DNA from: Gemmatimonadota bacterium
Lineage (GTDB): Bacteria > Gemmatimonadota > Gemmatimonadetes > Gemmatimonadales > Gemmatimonadaceae
Direction: 5' to 3'
Assembly (NCBI GenBank): GCA_031372565.1
Contig: JANMLN010000019.1
Coordinates: forward strand, 1-33,881
DNA: 33,881 bases
Every line of letters starts with the position of its first letter. Within the stretch, counting starts at the first letter, position 1. The notes below the pieces were generated by a model. It made no database searches. It worked only from the letters and a program-made list of their open reading frames with translations, and was not told the origin of the DNA. Shown in pieces: positions 25,171 through 33,881 of the stretch. The translations under genes were made by a program, and so were the position numbers.

Positions 25171-25809
25171 CTACCGCACCCCCACCACCTTGTGCGTCTG
25201 CACGCTCAACCGCCACCGCGGGTGCGCCAGACAGTACGCCACCGTCGCCGCCACATGCTCGGCGGTCTTGGCGCCCGCTTCCATCGGCTGCAGGCTCCAC
25301 CGCGTGAACGCCAGCTGCGTGAACCGCTCCGGATCAACCCCCGGCTGCGGAAACACGAGCTTGAGCTCATCACCCCCGGTCACCGCCAGCGGTGCATCGG
25401 CCTTCGGGCTCACGCACAGCCAATCGATCCCCGGCGGCGCCACCTGCGTGCCATTAGTCTCGACCGCAACCTCGAACCCCGCCGCGTGCAGCGCCTCGAC
25501 CGCCGCAGCATCCAGTTGGAGCAGCGGCTCGCCTCCGGTGCAGACCACCAACGGGACCGCGCCCTCAGCGTCAACGGGCCACCGCGCACGCACGGCCGCG
25601 GCCAACTCCCGCGCACTCGCGAATCGGCCGCCATCGGGCCCGATCCCCACGAAATCGGTGTCGCAGAAGGTGCACACGGCCCCGGCGCGGTCCGCCTCGC
25701 GTCCACTCCACAGGTTGCATCCGCTGAAGCGGCAGAACACCGCCGGACGTCCGGCGTGAGCGCCTTCGCCCTGCAACGTGTAGAAGATCTCCTTTACGGT
25801 ATAGGTCAT
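25171..25809 (-). CDS. queE: 7-carboxy-7-deazaguanine synthase QueE (CX14CX2C type radical SAM)
   Basis: [29 protein letters not shown]...[44 protein letters not shown] 25809 overlaps the queC stop. Confidence 0.95.
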   Translation of the reverse strand: MTYTVKEIFYTLQGEGAHAGRPAVFCRFSGCNLWSGREADRAGAVCTFCDTDFVGIGPDGGRFASARELAAAVRARWPVDAEGAVPLVVCTGGEPLLQLDAAAVEALHAAGFEVAVETNGTQVAPPGIDWLCVSPKADAPLAVTGGDELKLVFPQPGVDPERFTQLAFTRWSLQPMEAGAKTAEHVAATVAYCLAHPRWRLSVQTHKVVGVR

Positions 25810-26498
25810 GCGGCGTACCGCGTGGGGTCCGCCACGCCAGCCTCGGTAAAACCCTTCCGTCGCAACTGGCAGGCGTCGCAGCGCCCGCACCCTTCGCCCG
25901 CGTCGTTCGCTTCGTAGCAGCTCACGGTGGCGGCGAAATCGACGCCGAGCGAGATCCCATGGCGTACGATGTCGGCCTTGGTCATGGCAATGAGCGGCGT
26001 GTGCACCGTGAATGGTGCGCCACCTTCGGTGCCCACGCGCGTCGCCAACTGCGCCATCCGCTCGAAGGCGGCAATGAACTCGGGGCGGCAGTCGGGATAG
26101 CCTGAATAGTCCAGGGCATTCACCCCGATGAACAGGTCACGCGCGCCGAGCACCTCCGCCCACGCGAGCGCCAACGAGAGGAAGACCGTGTTGCGCGCCG
26201 GCACGTAGGTGACGGGCACGCCGGTGGACATGGCCGCATGATCGCGATCCTTGGGGACCGCGATGGTCGCGTCCGTCAGCGCCGATCCGCCGAATCCGCC
26301 CAGATCGATCGTGATGGTCCGATGCTCCACGGCGCCCAGGGTGCGCGCGATCCGCTCGGCCGCGACGAGCTCCGCCGCATGGCGCTGCCCGTAGCGGAAC
26401 GACAGGGCATGCGCCGCGAACCCCGAGCGCACCGCGTGGGCGAGCAGCGTGGTCGAGTCCAACCCGCCGGAGAGAAGAATCACTGCCTTCGGAGCCAT
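25806..26498 (-). CDS. queC: 7-cyano-7-deazaguanine synthase QueC
   Basis: [48 protein letters not shown]...[10 protein letters not shown]. Confidence 0.96.
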   Translation of the reverse strand: MAPKAVILLSGGLDSTTLLAHAVRSGFAAHALSFRYGQRHAAELVAAERIARTLGAVEHRTITIDLGGFGGSALTDATIAVPKDRDHAAMSTGVPVTYVPARNTVFLSLALAWAEVLGARDLFIGVNALDYSGYPDCRPEFIAAFERMAQLATRVGTEGGAPFTVHTPLIAMTKADIVRHGISLGVDFAATVSCYEANDAGEGCGRCDACQLRRKGFTEAGVADPTRYAA

Positions 26499-26583
26499 GG
26501 CCGAAAGTTACTCAACCGGACACCTTTCTCCGCGGGGGCTGGCCGGATGCCACCCTCCCTCACGCCTTGCACCGGAGCTCTTC

Positions 26584-28257
26584 GTGTTCCGTACTCTCCG
26601 CCGCGCTGCCGCCTGCGCGCTCGTGGTCCCCGTCGTGGCGGCCGCACAGCAGGCCGCGCCACTGCCGCTCAAGCACGCCCCCAAGCCCACCAGCGCCGGC
26701 ATCACGGCCGCTGATCTGATGACGCGGCTCTACATCTTTGCCGACGACTCCATGATGGGTCGCGCGTCGGCCACGCCGGGCCACGACAAGGGCACCGACT
26801 ACATCGCGGGGGAACTCAAGCGGCTCGGCCTCAAGCCGGCCGGCGAGAACGGCTCGTACTTCCAGATGGTGCCGTTGGTGCGGCGCTCGGTCGATGTCGA
26901 GAAGTCGGAGCTCAACGCCGGTCCCAACCGGCTGGCCTTCGGAACCGATTTCGTCTTCCAGACGATGGGCGGGCTCAAGCCGATCGTCAACGCGCCCGTG
27001 ATCTTCGCGGGGCCGATGGGCGACTCGACGGTCGCGATTCCTGCGGCCCAGTACGCGGGCGCGTTCGTGATCGTGTCCGCAGCGCGCGGTGGTCCGGTCG
27101 CTGGCCGCGCCATGCAGGCGATGCTCGCGCGCTACACGGGCGCGCTGGCCGTGGGAGTCGTCAGCCCGTCAGCCGCCGTGCTCGCGGCGCAGGGGAATGC
27201 GCTGCGGCAGCCGCGCGTCACCCTTCCGGCGGCGCCTGGTGCATCGGTCCTGCCGGGGGCGCTCGTGACGCTCTCGAGCTCGGCCGCCGATGCGCTGCTG
27301 GGCGGTCGCATTGACTCGATGGCCGTGGGTGCGACGGGGCGCACCGTGACCGGTACGCTCGCGCTGCGCGATGAGCCCGCGCCCGCCCGCAACATCGCGG
27401 CCATCCTCGAAGGGCGCGACGCGAAGCTCAAGGGACAGTACATCGCCGTCGGCGCGCACTCGGATCATGTCGGCGTGGGCAACATCGCGGTGGACCACGA
27501 TTCGCTCAAGGCCGTGAATTACGCGCTCAACCTGTTCGAGATGGCCAACGGCAAGCGTCCCACCGGTCCGGCGCGCGACTCGATCCTCAAGGCGGTGAAC
27601 ACCGGGCTCACGTCGAGCGGTCGACGCGACTCGATCCGCAATGGCGCCGATGACGACGGTTCGGGTTCGATGGCCGTGCTCGAGATCGCGGAGCAGTTTG
27701 CCACGACGCGCCAGCGTCCGCGTCGCTCGATGCTCTTCCTGTGGTATGCGGGCGAGGAGATCGGCCTGCTCGGCTCACGCTACTACACCGACAATCCGAC
27801 GGTCGTGCGCGACTCCGTGGTCGGCGCGGTCAACATCGACATGATCGGGCGCGGCAAGGCGGACGACATGAAGCTTGGCGGCAACAACTTCCTCCAGCTC
27901 GTCGGGTCGCGGCGTCTCTCCACCGAGATGGGCGATCTCGTCGAAGCGGTGAACAAGGCGCGCAAGGCGCCGTTCGCGCTCGATTACTCGTTCGACGCCG
28001 ACGGTCACCCCGAGAACATCTACTGCCGCTCGGACCACTACAACTGGGCGCGCTATGCGGTCCCGGTCACCTTCTTCACCACCGGCTTGCACGGCGACTA
28101 CCACCAGGTCACCGACGAGCCGCAGTACATCGACTATCCGCACTACGCCGAGATCGCGAAGCTGATCCATGACGTGTCGCGGACGCTGGCCGACCGCGAC
28201 AAGGCCGTCGTGGTCGACAAGCCGAAGCCCGATCCGAAGGGGGTCTGCCGCCAGTAG
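26584..28257 (+). CDS. Secreted M28 family metallopeptidase with PA-like insertion
   Basis: ADDSMMGR, GAHSDHVG, NGADDDGSG, AGEEIGLLGS, NIDMIGR, RSDHYNW, DYHQVTDE; GTG start with GGAG RBS and a signal peptide. Confidence 0.92.
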   Translation: MFRTLRRAAACALVVPVVAAAQQAAPLPLKHAPKPTSAGITAADLMTRLYIFADDSMMGRASATPGHDKGTDYIAGELKRLGLKPAGENGSYFQMVPLVRRSVDVEKSELNAGPNRLAFGTDFVFQTMGGLKPIVNAPVIFAGPMGDSTVAIPAAQYAGAFVIVSAARGGPVAGRAMQAMLARYTGALAVGVVSPSAAVLAAQGNALRQPRVTLPAAPGASVLPGALVTLSSSAADALLGGRIDSMAVGATGRTVTGTLALRDEPAPARNIAAILEGRDAKLKGQYIAVGAHSDHVGVGNIAVDHDSLKAVNYALNLFEMANGKRPTGPARDSILKAVNTGLTSSGRRDSIRNGADDDGSGSMAVLEIAEQFATTRQRPRRSMLFLWYAGEEIGLLGSRYYTDNPTVVRDSVVGAVNIDMIGRGKADDMKLGGNNFLQLVGSRRLSTEMGDLVEAVNKARKAPFALDYSFDADGHPENIYCRSDHYNWARYAVPVTFFTTGLHGDYHQVTDEPQYIDYPHYAEIAKLIHDVSRTLADRDKAVVVDKPKPDPKGVCRQ

Positions 28258-28269
28258 CCGGACGCGCGG

Positions 28270-29979
28270 CTAGCGCCCCGCGCGCAGGCCGCCCACCAGA
28301 TCGCGGAGCTTGGTGGCGCCGTCGAGCAGGTGCGTGCTCGACGACGTCATCTGCTCGCACGCGGCGCTCTGCTGCTCGGTGCTCGCACTCACCTGCTCGG
28401 CGGCAGCCGCGTGCGATTCCGCCGTGCGCGCCACGTTGCCCAGGCTGCCCGCCGTCGCCTCGACTGCTTCCACGTTCTCGATCGCGGCGAAGGTCACGCT
28501 CGACGCGGCCGCGCGCGTGCGCTCCGCGGCGTGCGAGATCGTCAGCAACGCCGCATCGACGTCGCGCGCGACCTGCTCGATGTCGCGCACCTGGGCTGCA
28601 CCGGCCTCCATCGTGCGCGATGTCGCCGTCACGCGCTGCGACACCTGACGCGTCAGCTCGACCACGTCATCAGACGCCGTCTGCGCCTGCTCGGCCAGCT
28701 TGCGGATCTCGTCCGCCACCACGGCAAAGCCCCGGCCGGCGTGCCCGGCGCGCGCGGCTTCGATGGCAGCATTCAAGGCCAGCAGGTTGGTCTGCTCGGC
28801 AATGCGCCCCACGGTCACGGCGAAGCTGCCGATGTCTTCTGCGGTCGTGTTGAGCGTCTGGGCTTCCGCCGCCGCCTTCAGGACCGTGTCGCGCACCTGC
28901 TGCATCATCGTCAGCGAGCGCTCGATCTCGATCTTCTTCTCGGCCGCCACCGCTTCGATCGACCCGGCCAGTGCATTCACCTCCTCAGCGCCCGCGAGCA
29001 CTCCCTGCGCCCGGGCGCGCATGGTCTGCAGCGCCGTGTCGGCCTCGCGCATTTCGCGCACCTGTCCCTCTGCGCCGCTGGTGACCTCGGTCATCGCCGA
29101 GGCCATCTGCCCGGCCGACAGCGCGATCTGCTCGGACACCGACGACAGTTCATGCGCCGACGTGGACACATCGTCGGCGGTGCGCGTCGCCACCACGGCG
29201 ATGTTGGCCAGCGACTCCGAGGTCACGTTCATCGCGCTCGCCAGCGCCTCGAACTCCAACGGCATGTCGCCCGTCGGGGTCCGCACGCCGAGGTTGCCCA
29301 TCGACAACTCGCGCGCGTGGGCGACCAGCGATGCGAGCGGTCGCGCGATCCAGCGCACGGTCGAGATCACGGTGATCACCGACAGGACCATGCCGGCGAG
29401 GATGGTGAGCAACAGGATGGCGGAGCGCCGGTTGGTTTCGGAGCCGAGTTCCTCGGCGGCGGCCTGCACCTTCTGCGCCTTCACGAGCCCCAGCCGCTGC
29501 ACGTCGGCCAGCAGCTTGGTGACCAACGGCTGCGCCCGGTCGGCCGTGATGATCGCGGCCTCCCGCCGATCGAGATCGGCTTGCCGATGGGCCAACGCGT
29601 AGATGACCTCCAGCTCGCTCAACGAGAGCTCGATGTCCGCCGTCAGGGCGAGTTCGGCAGGAGACTGATCGGGGCGGTTGCGCATCTCCTTCTGCACCCG
29701 GTGTGCCTCGAACCCGGTGACGCGAAAGCGCGTCAAGGACTGCGTGTCGCGCTGGATGACATAGTGCAACGCGGCACTCAGCACCTGCGCGGCATCGGCC
29801 GACAGGCGCGTGGAGAGTTGCGCCTCCTCCTGGGCATTGCCCAGCGTGGTGCGGATCGTTCGTTCCATCGCCGACATGCTCAGCCGGGCCACGATCCCGG
29901 CGACCGCCAGCAGCCCGATGATGATGGCGAAGCTCGCCAGCAGCCGGTTCCGGATGGAGTCGAAGCCGATGCCGCTCAC
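28270..29979 (-). CDS. Methyl-accepting chemotaxis protein (TM - periplasmic helical sensor - TM - HAMP - signalling domain)
   Basis: [51 protein letters not shown]...GNLGVR...[10 protein letters not shown]. Confidence 0.95.
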   Translation of the reverse strand: MSGIGFDSIRNRLLASFAIIIGLLAVAGIVARLSMSAMERTIRTTLGNAQEEAQLSTRLSADAAQVLSAALHYVIQRDTQSLTRFRVTGFEAHRVQKEMRNRPDQSPAELALTADIELSLSELEVIYALAHRQADLDRREAAIITADRAQPLVTKLLADVQRLGLVKAQKVQAAAEELGSETNRRSAILLLTILAGMVLSVITVISTVRWIARPLASLVAHARELSMGNLGVRTPTGDMPLEFEALASAMNVTSESLANIAVVATRTADDVSTSAHELSSVSEQIALSAGQMASAMTEVTSGAEGQVREMREADTALQTMRARAQGVLAGAEEVNALAGSIEAVAAEKKIEIERSLTMMQQVRDTVLKAAAEAQTLNTTAEDIGSFAVTVGRIAEQTNLLALNAAIEAARAGHAGRGFAVVADEIRKLAEQAQTASDDVVELTRQVSQRVTATSRTMEAGAAQVRDIEQVARDVDAALLTISHAAERTRAAASSVTFAAIENVEAVEATAGSLGNVARTAESHAAAAEQVSASTEQQSAACEQMTSSSTHLLDGATKLRDLVGGLRAGR

Positions 29980-31085
29980 TTGGCCTCCGCAGCCGTGAGC
30001 TGACCGCCGCGCACCTGCAGCATGACCAGTGATTTCCCCTTCGGATCGCCGTTGCTGCCGAGCACGAAGCGGCCGGTGACACCCTCATGTGGTGCGCGCA
30101 TGGCCGCGAGCCAGTCGCGCACGGCCTTCCGGTCATTGCCGGCTTCGCGCACCGCGCTCGCTGCCAGCATGACCGCGTCGTAGGCACAGGCCGCGAAGCC
30201 GTTGGGTGCCTCGTTGTATCGCGCCTTGAACGCGGCCACGAACGACCGCGCCTGCTCGCGCGGCGAGTCGGCCGTGAACGGCGCGCCGACGATCGCGCCA
30301 TCGACCTCGGCGCCCGCTGCCACGATGCCGCTCCAGCCATCGGCGCCGATGAGTTCCGCGCGCAGCTGCTGGCGGCGCGCCTCCTTGATGAACGTGATCC
30401 CGGAGCCTTCCGTCCCCACGACGAAAACGACGTCAGGCTTCACGCGCGTCCGGTAGTAGTTCACGAGCGGCTCGAACTCGCGCGTCGCTGCGGATATCGG
30501 ATCGATCGCAACCACCTGCCCGGGAAAGGCGCGCTGAAAGACCGCCGTGAGGCCGCGTCCGAACGCGTCGTTCTCGTACAACAGCGCGGCGCGCCGGTGC
30601 CCGCGGGCTGCCGCATAGCGCGCCAGTTCAACGCCGTTCAACGAGTCGCTGTTGATCGTGCGGAACACCCAGGGCGATACGCCCGTAAGATCCGGCGACG
30701 ACGAGCTCGGCGAAATCGCGACCAGACGGCCGTCGTACACGCGCGCGGTGGCCACCGACACGACCGAGTTGGCATGCCCGATGACCGCGACGATCCTGGC
30801 GTCCCCGGCAAAGGCCTCCGCCACCGCGACGCCATGCGCGCCGCTCGCCGAGTCGTCCTTGTACACGACCTCGACGCGCTTGCCGTTGATTCCGCCGGCC
30901 TTGTTGAGGTCCTCGACCGCGAGTTCGACGGCGCGCTTGACCTGCGTGCCATAGCCGGTGCCGAACGGGGCGACCGCACCGAACGTCACGGTGTCGCCGC
31001 CGTCGCGTGCTCCACAGGCGGCCAGCATCGTCGCTGCCACCACGCCCAGCATCTGCCTCACAGAACCTCCGAGTGCTCGCCGCAT
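29976..31085 (-). CDS. Branched-chain amino acid (LivJ-like) family solute-binding lipoprotein
   Basis: Lipobox [64 protein letters not shown]. Start at ATG 31085 or 31052. Confidence 0.9.
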   Translation of the reverse strand: MRRALGGSVRQMLGVVAATMLAACGARDGGDTVTFGAVAPFGTGYGTQVKRAVELAVEDLNKAGGINGKRVEVVYKDDSASGAHGVAVAEAFAGDARIVAVIGHANSVVSVATARVYDGRLVAISPSSSSPDLTGVSPWVFRTINSDSLNGVELARYAAARGHRRAALLYENDAFGRGLTAVFQRAFPGQVVAIDPISAATREFEPLVNYYRTRVKPDVVFVVGTEGSGITFIKEARRQQLRAELIGADGWSGIVAAGAEVDGAIVGAPFTADSPREQARSFVAAFKARYNEAPNGFAACAYDAVMLAASAVREAGNDRKAVRDWLAAMRAPHEGVTGRFVLGSNGDPKGKSLVMLQVRGGQLTAAEAK

Positions 31086-31113
31086 CGTGAACGACGAGGG
31101 AGCACCCGTCAGG

Positions 31114-31476
31114 TCACGTTTTCGCGACGCCGACCTCGCAGCCCGTGCGTGCACGGCGCTTGGCCACCTGCGCATAGGCCCACTCGGCGCCGGGGAGCCG
31201 GAAGATCCAGCTCCACGCCCAGCCTCCGGGAAGCGCGCGCACGAGTGCCGCGCACGCCGCGGCGCCGTGCCAGGCGCGACCATCGGCGCTCACGACATGC
31301 AGCGATGCCTCGAGCGCCGAACGGTCAAACTGCGGGAAGCGTCGCGGCACGGTGGCGTCCTGCAGGGGAAGCAGCTCGATGCGCGCATCGCGATCGCGCG
31401 CGGCCATCCACGCACCCGCGCGGCGACAGATGCCGCAGCCGCCGTCGTACAGCATGACGAGCGCGCGAGTGTTCAT
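31114..31476 (-). CDS. DCC1-like thiol-disulfide oxidoreductase (DUF393)
   Basis: LYDGGCGICRR (DxxCxxC), LHVVSADG...GAAAC, AYAQVAKRR. Confidence 0.85.
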   Translation of the reverse strand: MNTRALVMLYDGGCGICRRAGAWMAARDRDARIELLPLQDATVPRRFPQFDRSALEASLHVVSADGRAWHGAAACAALVRALPGGWAWSWIFRLPGAEWAYAQVAKRRARTGCEVGVAKT

Positions 31477-32546
31477 GCGCCGGCACGCCCGGCGCGCGGC
31501 TGCTGCTGCGAGAGGCAGTGCAACGTGCCGAGCCCCCAGACGAGATCCACGCTGTGAATACCGACCACGCTCCGCTCCGGAAAGAGCTCGGCCAGTGTGT
31601 TGAGCGCGACACGGTCGTTCGGATCGTTGAACGTCGGCACGATGACGACGCCGTTCGCGATGTAGAAGTTCGCGTAGGACGCGGGCAACCGGACGCCGTC
31701 CATCATCACCGGCCTCGGATAGGGCAGCGTCACGATACGCAACGAGCCGTCGTCACCGCCAGCGCGCTCGAGGCGGTGCACGTTGTCCGCGCTCGAGGCG
31801 TGATTGTCGTCGGTCGGATCGGGTTCGTACGCCAGCACGATCGTGTCCGCGCTTGTGAAACGGGCGATGTCATCGACATGGCCGTGCGTGTCGTCGCCCG
31901 CGCAGCCGTTGCCGAGCCAGATCGTGTCCGTGATGCCGAGCCAGTCGCGGAACACGCCTTCGTAGTCGGCGCGCGCGAGTCCCGGGTTGCGCTCCTGCAC
32001 GCTCGAGAGGAGGCATTCCTCGGTCGTGAGCAGGCGCCCCGCACCATTCACGTCGATGGCGCCTCCTTCGAGCACGACGCGACCTTGGCCATCGGGGCGC
32101 ATGGGCTCGTGCCGAGGCAGGCCGGTGATGTCGCTCATGGCGTCGCCGACCGCTGCGTCGAGATCGTGATTGTCGTACTTGGCCCAGCCATTGAAGCGCC
32201 AATGCACGAGCGACGCACGCGCTTCGCGGTCCAGCACCGTGGCAGCCCCCGAGTCGCGGAGCCAGACGCGATCGGTCGGCACGACGTGCAGCCGGTAGCC
32301 GCCCGTGTGCACGCCATGCGCGTCGAGATGGTGCCGCGCCTGCTCGCGCACGTCGTCTGAATGACAGAGGATATCGACGCGCTCGTGCGGCGCGAGTGCG
32401 CGCACGATCTCGGCGTAGACCCATGGAATGGGCGCGAGCTTGCCGGGCCAATCGGGCTCGTGGTGCGGCCAGCCGATCCAGGTGGCCTCGTGCGGTTCCC
32501 ACTCGGCGGGCATGCGGAGCCCGTGGTTGGCGCTCGTGCGGCTCAT
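31473..32546 (-). CDS. aguA: Agmatine/peptidylarginine deiminase family protein
   Basis: RMPAEWEPHEATWIGWP, WLRDSG, WRFNGW, LEGGAIDVNG, LTTEECLL, DDTHGHVDDIARF, ASYANF, GTLHCLSQQQP. Confidence 0.9.
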   Translation of the reverse strand: MSRTSANHGLRMPAEWEPHEATWIGWPHHEPDWPGKLAPIPWVYAEIVRALAPHERVDILCHSDDVREQARHHLDAHGVHTGGYRLHVVPTDRVWLRDSGAATVLDREARASLVHWRFNGWAKYDNHDLDAAVGDAMSDITGLPRHEPMRPDGQGRVVLEGGAIDVNGAGRLLTTEECLLSSVQERNPGLARADYEGVFRDWLGITDTIWLGNGCAGDDTHGHVDDIARFTSADTIVLAYEPDPTDDNHASSADNVHRLERAGGDDGSLRIVTLPYPRPVMMDGVRLPASYANFYIANGVVIVPTFNDPNDRVALNTLAELFPERSVVGIHSVDLVWGLGTLHCLSQQQPRAGRAGA

Positions 32547-32547
32547 C

Positions 32548-33483
32548 TCAGGCGAGCCAGCGCTGGAGGATGCCCCCGTAGGCGTCAACGCGACGATCGC
32601 GCAGGAACGGCCAGTTGCGCCGCGTGTCCTCGATGAGCGCGGGGTCGCACGTGGCGATGAGCGTCGTGGGCTCGGTGCCCGCATCCGCGAGCAGCCGCCC
32701 GAACGGATCGGAAATGAACGAGTGCCCGAAGAACTCGATGCCCTCGGTGCCGGCTTCCGCTTCGAACCCGGCACGATTGGGCGCGACCACGAACACGCCA
32801 TTGGCGATCGCGTGCGCGCGCTGCGCGGTGCGCCACGCGTCGACCTGCGCCGAGCCGAACGTCGCCTTCTCCGCCGGATGCCATCCGATGGCCGTGGGAT
32901 ACACGAGCACGTCGGCGCCCAGCAGCGCGGTGACGCGCGCGGCCTCGGGGTACCACTGGTCCCAGCAGATGAGCACGCCGATGGCGGCGTACTTCGTTTC
33001 CCACACCATGAAGCCGCCCGACTGGCGCGCCGGGCCGGGACAGCCCGCGGGCTGCGCCATGACGGTGCTCTCGCCCGGTGCGAAGTAGTACTTCTCCTCG
33101 AAGAGCGGGTCGTGCGGGATGTGCATCTTGCGATAGAGCCCCAGCAGCGTCCCGTCGGCGTCGATGACGGCGGCGGAGTTGCGGTAGAGGCCGGCCGCCT
33201 GCCGCTCGTAGAAGGGCACGATGAGGACGACGTCGAGTTCCTTGGCGAGCGCGCGCATGCGGGTGATCGTCGGGCCGTCGACCGGCTCGGCGAGGTCGAA
33301 GCGCGATTGGTCGAGTGTCTTGCAGAAGTACGGCGCGTCGAAGAGCTCCTTCAGGCAGACGATCTGTGCGCCCCGGGCGTGGGCGTCGCGGATGCGGGCG
33401 ACCGACGCGTCGACGGTGGCGGCGCGGTCGGCGGCGACGCCGTCCTGGATGCAGGCAATCGTGAAGGGGGAGGGAGTGGGCAT
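32548..33483 (-). CDS. aguB: Carbon-nitrogen hydrolase, N-carbamoylputrescine amidase-like
   Basis: Catalytic triad motifs CLKELF, YRKMHIP..P.FEEKYYF and ICWDQWYPE; YPTAIG, FLRDRR; adjacent to the agmatine deiminase gene. Confidence 0.85.
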   Translation of the reverse strand: MPTPSPFTIACIQDGVAADRAATVDASVARIRDAHARGAQIVCLKELFDAPYFCKTLDQSRFDLAEPVDGPTITRMRALAKELDVVLIVPFYERQAAGLYRNSAAVIDADGTLLGLYRKMHIPHDPLFEEKYYFAPGESTVMAQPAGCPGPARQSGGFMVWETKYAAIGVLICWDQWYPEAARVTALLGADVLVYPTAIGWHPAEKATFGSAQVDAWRTAQRAHAIANGVFVVAPNRAGFEAEAGTEGIEFFGHSFISDPFGRLLADAGTEPTTLIATCDPALIEDTRRNWPFLRDRRVDAYGGILQRWLA

Positions 33484-33659
33484 GCGTGGGAATCTAGTTG
33501 GTCAGGATGGAGGGGGATGGAGGGAGGGAGACGAAGTGCGGGTTGGGAGACACAGAGCACACCGAGGTACACAGAGAGTGCAGCGCGTGGGCGCGGTGCA
33601 TCGTGACGGGGTCAGGCCAGGTGGCGGGCCTCGGGACGGCACACCTCACACAGCTGCGT

Positions 33660-33710
33660 TTCTTGTTGTTCTTGTTGTTCTTGTTGTTCTTGTTGTTCTT
33701 GTTGTTCTTG
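33660..33710 (+). repeat. Perfect 9-bp tandem repeat (TTCTTGTTG) x 5.7
   Basis: Five full units plus TTCTTG, read directly. Confidence 0.97.
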
Positions 33711-33742
33711 TGCAGCTCTTGCGCATGTCTCGGCACGTCCCA

Positions 33743-33881
33743 GGGCCTATCAGAAATTCTGTGTACGCGCCATAACTCAGGAGTCTGGAGGTGGTTATGG
33801 CTCGACGAAAGGAGGCCGTGGCGGCCGATGCGCGGAGCGTCCCGCCCGAGGTGTTGGACCAGTTGTTGGCCGAGGTTGAAA
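33743..33881 (+). mobile_element. Left end of an IS256-family insertion sequence (continues beyond the window)
   Basis: GGGCCTATCAGAAATTCTGTGTA resembles IS256-family terminal inverted repeats as I recall them, and is followed by an RBS and a transposase-like N-terminus. Confidence 0.7.
33797..33881 (+). CDS. N-terminus of a probable IS256-family transposase (partial)
   Basis: GGAGGTG RBS then MARRKEAVAADARSVPPEVLDQLLAEVE; P.E.LDQLL is typical of IS256 transposase N-termini. Confidence 0.65.
   Translation, partial: MARRKEAVAADARSVPPEVLDQLLAEVE

Noticed and set aside
25171..26498. queC/queE as part of a deazaguanine DNA-modification (dpd) or QatABCD-type defence system
   Set aside because: Both proteins look like canonical tRNA-pathway enzymes, and no dpdA/tgt-like, TatD, ATPase or helicase neighbours are present.
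33494..33775. ORFs with KNN or VLV repeats (possible small repeat or membrane peptide)
   Set aside because: They are translations of the 9-bp tandem repeat with no RBS, and they run into the IS end or overlap aguB.
1..33881. tRNA, rRNA, tmRNA or a known riboswitch
   Set aside because: No cloverleaf, T-loop or riboswitch signature was recognised by eye in the intergenic regions; a covariance-model search would be needed to exclude divergent cases.

Overview
High-GC bacterial chromosomal window. Gene content and style suggest Gemmatimonadota, but this is inference. From the left it holds the distal part of a flagellar cluster (flgA-flgH-flgI-flgJ-like-flgN-like-flgK-csrA), a degenerate histidine-kinase-like gene on the opposite strand, motA-motB and an EAL-HDOD phosphodiesterase. 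Next come an MFS transporter, secreted hydrolases (S9 peptidase, BNR/VPS10 protein, PHP-like protein), a YdcF-family gene, a glycerophosphodiester phosphodiesterase, a TonB-dependent receptor, DUF2461 with a flavin monooxygenase, queC-queE and an M28 peptidase. A closely packed minus-strand run follows (aguB-like, aguA-like, DCC family, orphan solute-binding lipoprotein, chemoreceptor), and the window ends with a 9-bp tandem repeat and the left end of an IS256-family element. Four observations stand out. (i) A ChpT/Spo0B-like pseudo-kinase phosphotransferase candidate sits inside the flagellar cluster, next to sigma28-type promoters for motAB and the EAL-HDOD gene. (ii) A 30-bp REP-like repeat forms two clusters, both between convergent genes; one brackets a roughly 150-nt rod-like structured sequence and the other supplies the last codons and stop of a gene. 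(iii) A transporter-less solute-binding protein is translationally coupled to a chemoreceptor downstream of agmatine catabolic genes. (iv) Three genes look leaderless. All family assignments come from motif recognition by eye; no searches were run.
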